Origin: Klebsormidium nitens
Taxonomy: Eukaryota; Plantae; Klebsormidiophyceae
Direction of reading: 5' to 3'
Assembly: GCA_000708835.1 (NCBI GenBank)
Contig: DF237170.1
Location: 1-64,000, forward strand
DNA length: 64,000 nt
Position 1 is the first letter of the stretch, and each line of letters starts with the position of its first letter. Below, piece by piece: positions 24,322-35,100 of the stretch. Made by a program: the position numbers and the translations under genes. The notes beneath the pieces were generated by a model. The model ran no database searches. It had not been told where the DNA came from and saw only the letters and a program-made list of their open reading frames with translations.

Positions 24322-25195
24322 ATGCACTCTTTGAGACAGTAGAGGCTGCCTAGATTCCGGTTCGATCCAGAGCGCATTTGCGTTTATAGTACATTTCAAC
24401 TTTTTATTAGTCATAGTAGAGGTTCATCACACCAGGAAAGCATCGCTTTTCTTGACTTGACCCTCGTTGTGCAGAAATTGGAAGTTTTGAATCAGAGGCA
24501 CCTCTTGCCTACCTGCCTGATCAAAGGCCATGCTTGATCACTCAATTGCATCCATGCCTGTCTTCTGGCCAGATACCGAGTGTACGGCAGGGGCTACTAT
24601 AGTTCCAAAATTGTAGGAACGTCAGCAGGTCTGCTGAGGTGCTGCTGGGGTCCCAAAGATCAAGGTTCGAATATTTCAACGCTTTGATATGATAGCTAGA
24701 TATGCTCGCATGTCATCTGGCATCTGACGCGTTGAGTGAGACCTGCATAACAAATTGCCATGAATCGGCGCGGCCGCGCCATGGACGTATTTGTATGCAA
24801 ATTAACGTACATATCTAACCCGAATATCATACTACCATATGATTGCATCAGATCCTAATATCACCGTATAACAACGATCACCGTATGATGTACATATGCA
24901 TGCACTGCTGTTTCGTGTTATCATGCTGACAGGATGAGTAAATGAGTCACGTCAAGACCAGACTTTGACTGCGAGCAAACGCGAAGTTGCTGGAACCGAT
25001 CAGAAACTCACACGTAAACAATCATACGGTGGTCAAAGTCGACGACCAGGGAAACCCATGATATGTCACGAGCTTGAGAAAGTTCGCTCTTACCAGCATC
25101 AGTAATGCCTGCCATGGTGGCACAGTGTTCTTTATCTTAAGGAGCAACTTCTCCGAGTCAGTGGCGCAAAGACAGAACAAATGTCCAGCTCGAGT

Positions 25196-25495
25196 GGCGT
25201 TAAACCTAATTGAATATCGCCACCACTGGCAGTCTTGGACATGGGTTGCTCTTCAAATACTGACAAAAACTTTTGTCGTCTTCAAAGTACTAGTACGTGC
25301 TCGAATTCCGAGCCATCTCAGGACCTAGTTCGGAGGCGTCTTTGAAAGGTCTAATAAGACCGGTCTTCGGGCGGCCAGGGAAGGCCACCGCAGCTCATCA
25401 GCCTTTGAAGCAAGCTCCTTTTCGGAATCAACATTCTTCTCCAGGGTTATTTCGATGCTTTCCGCCAAAGAACCAGCCCCTTACTGATGCGCCAT
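25196..25495 (-). pseudogene. Chimeric junction relic: SGR2 N-terminal fragment fused to the fucosyltransferase C-terminus
   Basis: Minus strand reads MAHQ*GAGS...EKELASKADELRWPS (SGR2-like, with stops), then YFEDDKSFCQYLKSNPCPRLPVVAIFN* (FucT-like). Confidence 0.8.
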
Positions 25496-25890
25496 GGCGC
25501 TGGGGTGCGGTTGCAGTCTGTACATAAAGAATATTCTGCGAGATGCACCACGCTAAACTACTAGAGGAGCGGACAACTGGTGGGCTCTACCGGGGAGGAT
25601 GTGCTGGGGCTGCTTTTGTGTGTTCGGTCTCCTGTATCTTTTACTGTACTTCAGAAGGTTTGACACAATTTTCAACCGGGCCGGCGCAGTACCGCCCGGG
25701 TTCGAGAGGCCACGTGTACGAAGCTTACTGGTCATGCCCTGCAACTTTGACGGAGGGGATCCCTTTGACTCTGAACAAAATCACAGACCTGAACAAAGCC
25801 AGTTATTGCAGATCGGGGCCAAACGGAGGGCGGCGCCCATCCCTTTGAATCTCCTCCTCCGCTCAACGCTTTCCAGCTTCAGCGTTCACC

Positions 25891-26586
25891 ATGAGTGCTG
25901 CTGCCGCCCTTTTCCTTACTCCACGCTGGGAAGGAATCTTGTCAGGGCGGCCGGGGCGCCCGGCCGGAGACACTGCGAGCTCCATGTGTTATTGGCGATA
26001 CGCAACGCGTCAAGCCCCGAATGATTTGACAGTCGCGACGAGAAGGGCACGCGTGATCCAAGCATCAGGCAGGCAAGATGCTTCTGATTTGAGGGAGGGG
26101 GAGTCGAACATGAGTGGAGCTCGAGACCATGCTCGAGACCTACCTGCAACGAGAAAGGAGGCTTTGTTCACACCTAAGGGGGCATTCGATGGGTATGGCG
26201 CCAAGAATCTGGACAGGTCCCGGCAGTTTGAAACCGTGACGAAAGGTGCCACGGTTCTCGCCTTTGACTTCAAGGACACCGTTTCCCTGCGAATCATACT
26301 GGAGTTCTTTGACGCCAGCCAAGGGTTTGGTGCTTTTCAAGGAGTAACTTTCCGGGGGCGCCTTATCATTCCAAACATTTATGAGGCTTATAAGGAAAAA
26401 CCCCAGCTGGTAGAGGCTCCCTGGAGAGAGGCGGCGGCGGCTGTTCCGGGCTGCGCATTCGCAAGATTTACCATCGAAGCGGCATCGGAAAGCGATGCTA
26501 AAACCATGAAGGAAGTGCTACAACCGTTCGTGACAGACTTGAATGAGTATGGTGACGATGCTTTGGGTGGTGCGTACCTAACGTGA
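25891..26586 (+). CDS. Intronless hypothetical protein, 231 aa, possible plastid transit peptide
   Basis: Intact ORF; conserved at protein level with the neighbouring copy; Ala/Arg/Ser-rich, poorly conserved N-terminus followed by a conserved globular-looking region. Confidence 0.75.
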   Translation: MSAAAALFLTPRWEGILSGRPGRPAGDTASSMCYWRYATRQAPNDLTVATRRARVIQASGRQDASDLREGESNMSGARDHARDLPATRKEALFTPKGAFDGYGAKNLDRSRQFETVTKGATVLAFDFKDTVSLRIILEFFDASQGFGAFQGVTFRGRLIIPNIYEAYKEKPQLVEAPWREAAAAVPGCAFARFTIEAASESDAKTMKEVLQPFVTDLNEYGDDALGGAYLT

Positions 26587-27959
26587 ATGCAGACACTAGT
26601 AGAGGCTGCAGAAACCCAATCTAGAGCGCCTTTGCATTGGGTCGAGTAATGAGACTGCTGGAATGTGAGTCATCAGATATAGTAGAGGTTCATCAGACCG
26701 GGAAAGCGACGCTTTCTCTGATTCACTCTTCGTTGTGCGAAGGATTCGAAAGCTCAAAAGAGAAACTTGCGGGTGAGGGTCATTTTCACGAACTCTGCCC
26801 GCCTGCTTGCCTGATCAAAGGCCATGATTGCTCACTCGACTGTATCTGCCTGCACCGTCTGGCCAGGTAGTAGCAGTATACTGCAGGAGCTAACGTAGTC
26901 CAGATTTGTAGGAACAGGTCTGCCGGGGCCGGGAAAGTGAGATCAAACAAGTCGGACAGCCCTATACCGAAAATTTGCTCGCATGTGGCATCTGGCTCTA
27001 AGCTGCAGCTTTATAGAGCTCTGCACCATTGACAGATTGCTATGGATCCCGCCATGATGCTCGTGGCATGAACATGCAAAGCGAGTTATGACCATATGAT
27101 GCACGAATTAATGCATCAGATCCTAATTATACCGCAGGACAACAATAAATCCCAGTGTTATCGTACTGATCATTGCCAGTGTTCGTAGCTCCAGTTGTGC
27201 AGACTGAGTTACTATCTTAGCTTTACTATGGTACCTTAATTATCACGAGAAACAACTGGTATCGATCCGGCTCGATCTCAACATTGGTTGAAGAAAATCT
27301 TTCATGGTGATCTTTTATTTGGAAAGAAGACCGTAAAAAGCTCAGCGGCAGCTGCATGTGCACTTAAAAGAATGTCGAATAATTGCGAGTTACGAATTCG
27401 CCCGCGATTTCAGTCATGCAGTCTCAAATTGCTCCATGGATAATTAGTAAGTAGTCAAGAACATTCAGTGGCTGAACATATAATGCGAAATTATTAAAAC
27501 GGTCCGGCCTGGCATTGATTATTTACAGAGCTAGGTGGACTACATATACTCAGACTGCACAAAAACGTATATATGCAGTAAGCGCGCTATGCAATTGATA
27601 CGCAAGATCAGAATTTCACTTCACGTTGAAGCACATGCATGTTCCAAAGTGTGTCCCGAGCCGCTCGAGTATGCCGCTCGAGTATTGCTGAGATCAGATT
27701 GAACCTAAGTTGCAATTCTGATCATTGCAACATTGTATTCTACATGCAAACGAAGTGGAAGTGAACGCTCGTATGGTGGGCACTTACGAAACCGGCGACC
27801 AGAATATTGTGTATTGTCACGAGCTTTTTAGGTAAGGATTCCACTCTTCCCAGCATCCGACAATAACGCCTGCCAGAGTAGCAGGCTGTTCTTTGTTTAA
27901 GAAGCAACTCCTCCTACACAGGGGCGCAAAGAGAGAACAACATTTCAGCTCGAGTGGCG

Positions 27960-30900
27960 TTAAATAAATATCACCTCTAGTCTTGGACATGGGTTGTCCT
28001 TCAAATACTGACGCAAACTTTTGTCGTCTTCAAAATAGGCGCGGCCAAAAACAGCCTCCCGGTAAGTAGTCCGCACCGGAGTCACTTTGAAGACCTTATA
28101 TAGCCCGTCACCGTACTTTTGGTACTTTTGATACTTTTGGTAACCGTACTTTCGCCACGTGGGCACGTACCCGGCTCTCTGAAACGCATAAGCTATCGCT
28201 TCATGGACCACGGAAATCCTAACATCGTCATCCCTTATAAAGACGTCGCAGAAAGGGAAGGTCCCCCGCTCTCGAACGTACAGATGGTGTACGCTTCGTG
28301 ATAGCACTTGCGAACCGTTTAAGGGTACCGGAGTACACGAGCAGGGGCGATTTGGCTTGGCGGCAGCTAAGCCGTTCTCCTGGATCCTCGTCGCAATCTC
28401 GATGCAGAGTTTGCACGTCTGCGACACGGCTTGCGAGTTCAGCAGAGCCCGAAACGCGGAACTTGGAAGCCGCCGCTTCCAGGCGAGCTTCTCCTGCAAC
28501 GGAACAAGCGCACGTCCTGAGCCGATTGCCGATTCTACACAGAAAATGGAGTCAACGCTATCGGCTGAGCTTGATAGTCGCATCCCCTTTCGCAGGGTGC
28601 AAGGGCATGCGACCGAGGCATGTTTTCATAGAGCGTCAATTCGAAATCGGCAAACCTTTCGGCAGTCCACCGAAAAAGGGGTTTTGGTCCTTCGCTTTTC
28701 GTCCCACATCACACCGGCAGCAAAGCAAGGGAACGGAGCATTCATGAATCGCACATAGCATGCAGACTGTCTTACAGATTCCCCGTGCTTATGTCCAGAA
28801 TCATTGAGCGTATCTGGCAGATTGTGTCCAGAATAGCGCACGGTGTTCTCTGCTCACCTCGTAAGCTGTCCGGTTGCGCATGAGCCGTTTGATCTCGTCA
28901 ACAACCGCCGGCACCTCGTCCATGCTGCGCAGCTGAATGATCGCATTGCGATCCGGCACAAAATCCATCACGTTGGGCGCCCCGATGTAAATCGGCACCG
29001 ACCCAGCCACGAGTGCGTCAAACATCTTCTCCGTGACGTAGTCCTCGTAAATGCTGTTCTCGAAAGCGGCGTAGAACATGTGCTTGCGCGCGAGCGCGTA
29101 CTTGATCGTCTTGGGGCTGCGCCGCTCGGTAGTTTCATCTGCGGAGTATGGAGCTGAGTGTCAGGACTTGAAACCTTTTGGGAGGGCCTCTGAATCAGAA
29201 CTGTCCACAGCGTAAATATGTTCCTCAGGCAACGGAAGGCCACCTTCCAAAAAGCCAAGTTGAATCCAAATGTTGCGACTTCCTCGTCCATCAAGTCGTC
29301 GTTGCTTCTCAACAACTAGCATGCTTGATCGTTGCCATTGCGTTCGGTTCCGACACATTGCAAAAGAAAAGCATGTGAAGAAGAATGAGCGAGGACGGAG
29401 ATCTTTTAGGAGCGAACTCGAATGGAAGGAATTTGGTAAAAAGAGAGGGGCAAACCCCGCTAGGATACGACAAGAAGCGACCGAAAGCAGACACCTGATC
29501 TGGCGACTGGAATTTCGCGACGCACGCATGACTCAGCCACTACGTCATCCTACTGACACCATCTACCATCAAAGCATCGTCGTTCGGTCGACCCTTCTTT
29601 GAATTGAAGCTGTTTTCGAAGCCCAAAGTGCGTCCACCAATTATCTAATCTCGGTAGACACGGGAGCCCAGCCCGACAGGATTAGCCAACCTCCATGTGC
29701 AACGGAGAACGAATTGAATCCAATCAGCTGTCTTGTTTGCCTCTGAACCTACCAAGGGGGGTGACCCAGCCACGTCTTGAACACTTGTCACAACCTAAAC
29801 AACGCCTTACCTGCCTTTGACAAAAGCTTTAATCGAAAGGCTTCGACACCAGATGACAGTCAGGGGACTAAACAAACTCTTATTCTCTACGCCCAAAAGA
29901 AAGAAAGACGAATCGCTACCAAGAAGACGTCATACCGGGTCCGACACCTCACCCTCCCACGAGTTGGTACGACCGCACTCGCCGTACTGATGCACTGCCA
30001 GCCCCAGCCGCCTCATCTCCTCTAGGGCCTCGTTCCGAAAGCTTATCGCATTGCAGTTGCTGATCATCGACATAACCGCCGGAATCTTCTCCCCGAAATC
30101 CAGGGGGGGCTCAAAGTAGTCGTCTTCGGGGGGACACCCCGGTTGCGGAACGTGCGAGGATAAGGAGCCTAGCATGGTTATGTTTACACCGATCATTGGG
30201 AGTTGCAAGGCTGGGTAGTAGTGTGGGCTCTCGATGTTACGCACGACCAGGGGGCCGAGGTCTTGGGAGCTGTTGCCTGGAGACGAAAGGGGATTGCAGA
30301 GTTGGACCACTCTAAGTGATTTCTCTTAAGGTTTCACTCGGAAAGCTGGGAACACTCTATTGCACATAGCTTAAGACCCGCAAGAAGTCCAAGCCGTGAA
30401 ATTGAGGAATGAGCAGCAAACTCAGGTCTGGAGGTCTTTTATAACATGCAAGGTCCATTGAGAACCATAAGAGAGGGAACTAAAACCCACGGAATTACTG
30501 TTGCATTTCGGTGTCTGCTTTCTCTTCTGGATCACATCTGGCATCAGACAATCCAAGACCATTCAAGCTGCCTTCTCCTTACGGTCAATGAATCTGATTT
30601 TCTCCTGAGAAGCACTGAAAGTGGCCGCGGCCACTCGCCCTCTCATTTCAAAAGGGTGATGGAACGACAAAGTAAACTCAAAAGATGCAAGCAGACAGCT
30701 ACCTCGAAGCATCCAACTAGAAAGGATTCGCGCTCTCCACGTCTCTCACTTGTGGTGGAAGGAATGAAGATTGGCTTAGAAGGAGGCCATTCCAACGTGT
30801 GTGCATCCCAGGATGAATAATTGGCCGCCTCCGGGCTCCCAAGTGTGATTTGCCTGGTGCAAACATGGAGGCGGATTCAAGGGCACGAGAACGTATAAAG

Positions 30901-31735
30901 CTAAGGAACATGATTGGGAACCAACGTTGCAGTACAACTGTTCAGCTTACCGCAACCGTCACATCAAGTGGTCTAACCTGTGCAGCAATCTGGATCAAAG
31001 GAGGCCAGTCACTGAAAAAGGGTCTTGATTGTCTTTTCTTGGCCTCCACTACATTGGCGCGCTTTACTCGACACATCTGATAAGAAACATTTTTGCAGTT
31101 TCTAAGTCAAGCTGCCACGGCATCCTTGCATCTTATGTCAAGTCACCACAAGACTACTGTTTTAGAGGCCCAGTGTGAACAGGCACTGAGCTGCAAAAGT
31201 CAAAGAATTTGATTTATCAGGGTTGCCTGAGTTCAGTGTTCAGGAACTTTCCAAGCAACAACACATCCAGTCACATGCAAAGAACAGCGTTTACGATGAC
31301 CCTATCACAATTGCGCCTCTCTCACCTGCATTTGACATCGCATCGAGACAACACTTCCTCCGGCGCCAAGTCCCATGGCTTAAATCCAACCTCTAGAATC
31401 CGCACCGGGTCAATTTCAAACTCTCTGCCACCTGGCCCACTGGCCGCACTGTCAGCTTTTGATAGCCAATCCTCACAGGTCACTCCCTCTGGAGGATGAT
31501 TCCTGTCCACAATTTGTACATTGGGTTTTATCAAGTTGTGCTCATTGCTGCTTGGACTCAGGGAAGTGCTGTCTAGAGTAGAGGCCCTCAGCGGGAACAG
31601 CAACCTACCGCTATCGCGGTTGACATAAGAGTCCACAAAGAACGCACAGATGATCAGCAGAAGCACGCCAAGCGCTACGCTTCTTCCCCATGAGAGCAGC
31701 CTCCTTGAATCTCCCCATGGATTCTGTGGGCGCAT
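27960..31735 (-). CDS. Glycoprotein core alpha-1,3-fucosyltransferase (GT10, FUT11/FucTA-like), multi-exon
   Basis: N-terminal TM anchor (GVLLLIICAFF); MISNCNAISFRN; GT10 motif FENSIYEDYVTEKMFDALVAGSVPIYIGAPN; last exon 28493-27960 EKLAWKRRLPSSAFRALL...TCKLC...RPCSC...HLYVRERG...NPCPRLEVIFI* matches the plant core FucT C-terminal domain. Confidence 0.92.
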
Positions 31736-32168
31736 GGTCTATTCAGAGGAGGCATGGAGCTCGTGACGCTCTGCGGCTTGCTAAGCTATTAATCTTTAAG
31801 TTTGACAAATCAGCAGGTCTGCAAATCATACAAAGCTAAGCTCATCCTAGGCCTGGTTTGGCCCTGGGCCTGGGCCGCTGCAGGATTCCGCGCGGCGGAT
31901 CCGTATTTTGGCCGGGCTCCGTTCCGCAAAGAGCAGCGGGATCCCTCTCTCCGGAACTTCTCGCCAGCTGGCTTGCAGCTGAGCAGCACACACCGCTGGC
32001 AGCAATACCAGAACTTTGAACACGCATCCGAAAAGGTGACGCGCTTTCTCCCTCCAGCACTTCCTTTTCGATTTGTCTCAGAGCGCTTTGCAGAAAGTGA
32101 GCAAAGCCACCAGCTCACCAAGTCACTCTCGCTCTTCGAGAAGAAACAGATAAGCAGCCTTCGACGTT

Positions 32169-35100
32169 ATGGCAAACTACATCTGTTGCGCCCAAGTCGA
32201 ACAGAGCACCCTGGGCATACAGGTTAGTTGATGCGTCGAGCACCACAGGCCACTTGGTCTTCTAAAAATCGAATATCAGAGCTCTGATAATTCTTTGTCC
32301 ACGGGGGCCATATTACTGTGTTGTGCCCTCCTGTGGCCGCTAGAATTACGAATCCGCGGCACTTCGATGATTCCAGGTCCATAGTCCTGACGCCTTTGAT
32401 TCTCCTGTTCTTTAATTCTGCAAGTTTCTTCAAGCAATAGGATACAGAGCTGTTTCTCTTAAAATTCTACGCCTGATTTACCCCGCGTGGCTTTAGTCCC
32501 GAGTTTTTGCAAGGAGTTGAAGAGCTCCTTCAAACCCCTTGATCTTCAAGCTGACACAAAATTGACGATTGCTTCCCCTTTTGCCTTCAACTCACCTGGA
32601 CAACGTTCTCTCTATTCACTTTACTTTGTCAAGTTGCTCAATTATTGACTCTTCGGTTTGCAGGAGGACTGGGGGCGCTTCTCAAAGTGAGTAAGATCCT
32701 GGTTTTATTCAATTTGCGATGCTCTGTCCTGAAGGAGAAATATATTGTAACTTTTCTCATGAATGAGTTGCATCAGGAAAGGCGACTTGCTGTCAGCATT
32801 GTGCAGCCTTTCCCTCTCCTTTAAGTTTCAGAGATTCTTTGTCCATAGTCCAGATTTTTGCAATTGACTAAACAGAAGCCTGTTGGTCCAGCTGTCTGGG
32901 AACAGGACACCTTCTCTGTTACACTCTGCACATCACCCTCATCTATTTTCTAGTTTCCATAGGGTCCTAGGACTCCAGTATCTACTTGTGAGGCCAGAAA
33001 AGATGGCAGTAGGGTTTAGAAGAAAGAGCCAAGGGTTTCAAGCGGGGCTTAGCTAAGATTTGCAATGATGACTGCAGGATCCTTGAGCCCGGTTGTCACT
33101 TCCTCAACCCCTTCTGCGGCCAGGCGGTGTCTGGCACCATCTCGCTGAGGATTCAGCAGCTTGATGTTCGGTGCGAGACAAAGACCAAGGTTTGTGTCAG
33201 ACTTCATTTTTCAGGATTTAGGGTTTGAGAATGTTTTTTCTATCTTTTTCTTTTTAAGAAGAAGGACAGATTGACGCTGTCAATGGGACTTCAGTCAGGT
33301 GGTTGCACTTCTTTTTCTCCTCTGGAGAATCAGTCTCCCTTGTGTTCGATCTTTTTGGGTTTGCTATGAATAGGCGTTACACTTTGCAAGCTACTCAAGT
33401 AGCCCCTTAGTAGGCTTTCCTCGTCAAGGATTCTGATTCTGACTACTTTGGTATGTGCATGATTTGTAAGTTGATACCTTTCATAAGATTGACTCATAAG
33501 ATTGACTCAGTGTGTGGAAAGAGCGTACTGACAAGCGCACCAGCTAGACTGCTCACCACCCCTGATGCCTGACGAGTCAAGGCTTCTGGTGGAAAATCCT
33601 GGTTGCAGACTGGAGTCAAGATTTGTGCTCATTGGCTGCTTTTTGCAGGACAATGTCTTCGTGACGATGGTATGCTCTGTCCAGTACCGTGCGGTGCGGG
33701 AGAATGCAGACGACGCCTTTTACGAGCTGAGCAATCCTCGGGAGCAGATCCAGGCGTATGTCTTTGACGGTGAGTGGTCTAGCCTGTACAAGACTACTCC
33801 TAGATCCAATTTATGGTTAAAGATGCAAAAGGACGTTTTTGTGCCGCCAATCGGTTCAAGAATTTTCAAGTTGTATCTGACACTGGTCTGTCATTGAGGG
33901 ACTGTTGACTGGTGAAAACTGGTCTGTGGTCTCAAGCCCCATGGGACATTTTTGAGGCATAGGCCCGTGGATAGGGTAAGACTAGAGCAGGACTGCATGG
34001 GCCATCCAACATTTGCGGATAAATATCGAGAATGTTCCTGGCGTCTTTTATTTGTCGAGCCAATTAGAAGGGTGAAACACTTTCCCGACCATCTCGTCTG
34101 ATTCAGGACAAGTTTCACGATTCTCGTTATCTGAGTAATGTGTAGAACTACGGTCTTTGAAGGCCGGGCCCCGGCCAGCACAGGTTGAAAAGTGTCAAAT
34201 TCAGGAAACGAAAACACCCGCTGAGATTAGGGGCGGATACGTGTCAGCTCTTGCCACTTGACATGACTCACAAGAGTGCTATCGACAGGGCTAATGTAAG
34301 TGAGAGGGTGTTGTGATATCTGTCGATTGTTCAGGCATCGACTTGTTTTAGGTCGTTCGATTGCTTCTTATCAGACTCTTGTCTGATGGCAGTTTCTTCT
34401 GCTTGCAGTCGTGCGGGCGAGCGTCCCAAAGGTGAGAAATAATCTGTTATTGAGCAGTCATCTCAGCATCATGGAAAGTTTGACCTTGACAGGGAGGACT
34501 TGCGTTGGAAGTTTTGCGGATGTCAATCACTTTTTGAGCTCGTGTCACCAATTCATGCTCAAGTAAACTTTCTGTCAAGCTTTGCGTGACTTGCAAGGCT
34601 TTTGACGAGGGTTTTGGTCTCGGCTGTTCGCCTTTTCTCAGCGTAGACGTGAAACGCGAAGTCGCATGAGCATCTGATAGTTTTTGAAAGTCCCGTCCCG
34701 GCAGCCTCACTCTTTGTGCTTCTCACCAGTGCTTGACTCGTTCCGTATAAACAATGTCATCTTGGAACGGTTCTTGAGCACGCTTCCTGTGATGGAATAC
34801 ACCTCACATTAGATGTAGGGGTCAGCCGATAGAGGTTTGTTTGAGCTTCTGCTTGAGAGGTTTGGCCAATGACGTAAAAGTGGTGCAGCAAGTTTAGCAG
34901 ACAGACCTGGCAAGCAAGGATATGCAGAAAGCGAGAGCCACTGAATCTCAAGTGGGTACAGCGTTCATGAAAGTCCAATTGGCAATCCACGAGCGTACAT
35001 GACAAGGTCAGTAGATGAGCAGGTCACAATGAAAACAAGACAACCTTGCGGTGTGGTCCCAAGTGTTCTGTGACCTCCCTTGCAGTTGCTGCTGGACGAG

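Larger units (their letters stand above)
22998..28038. repeat. Tandem segmental duplication: unit 1 ~22998-25290, unit 2 ~25290-28038
   Basis: Colinear similarity of 23040-24950 with 25335-27200, and of 25040-25290 with 27790-28038. Confidence 0.9.

Noticed and set aside
27960-28583. 207-aa ORF as an independent gene
   Set aside because: It is the last exon of the fucosyltransferase (acceptor at 28494-28496); the upstream Met is intronic.
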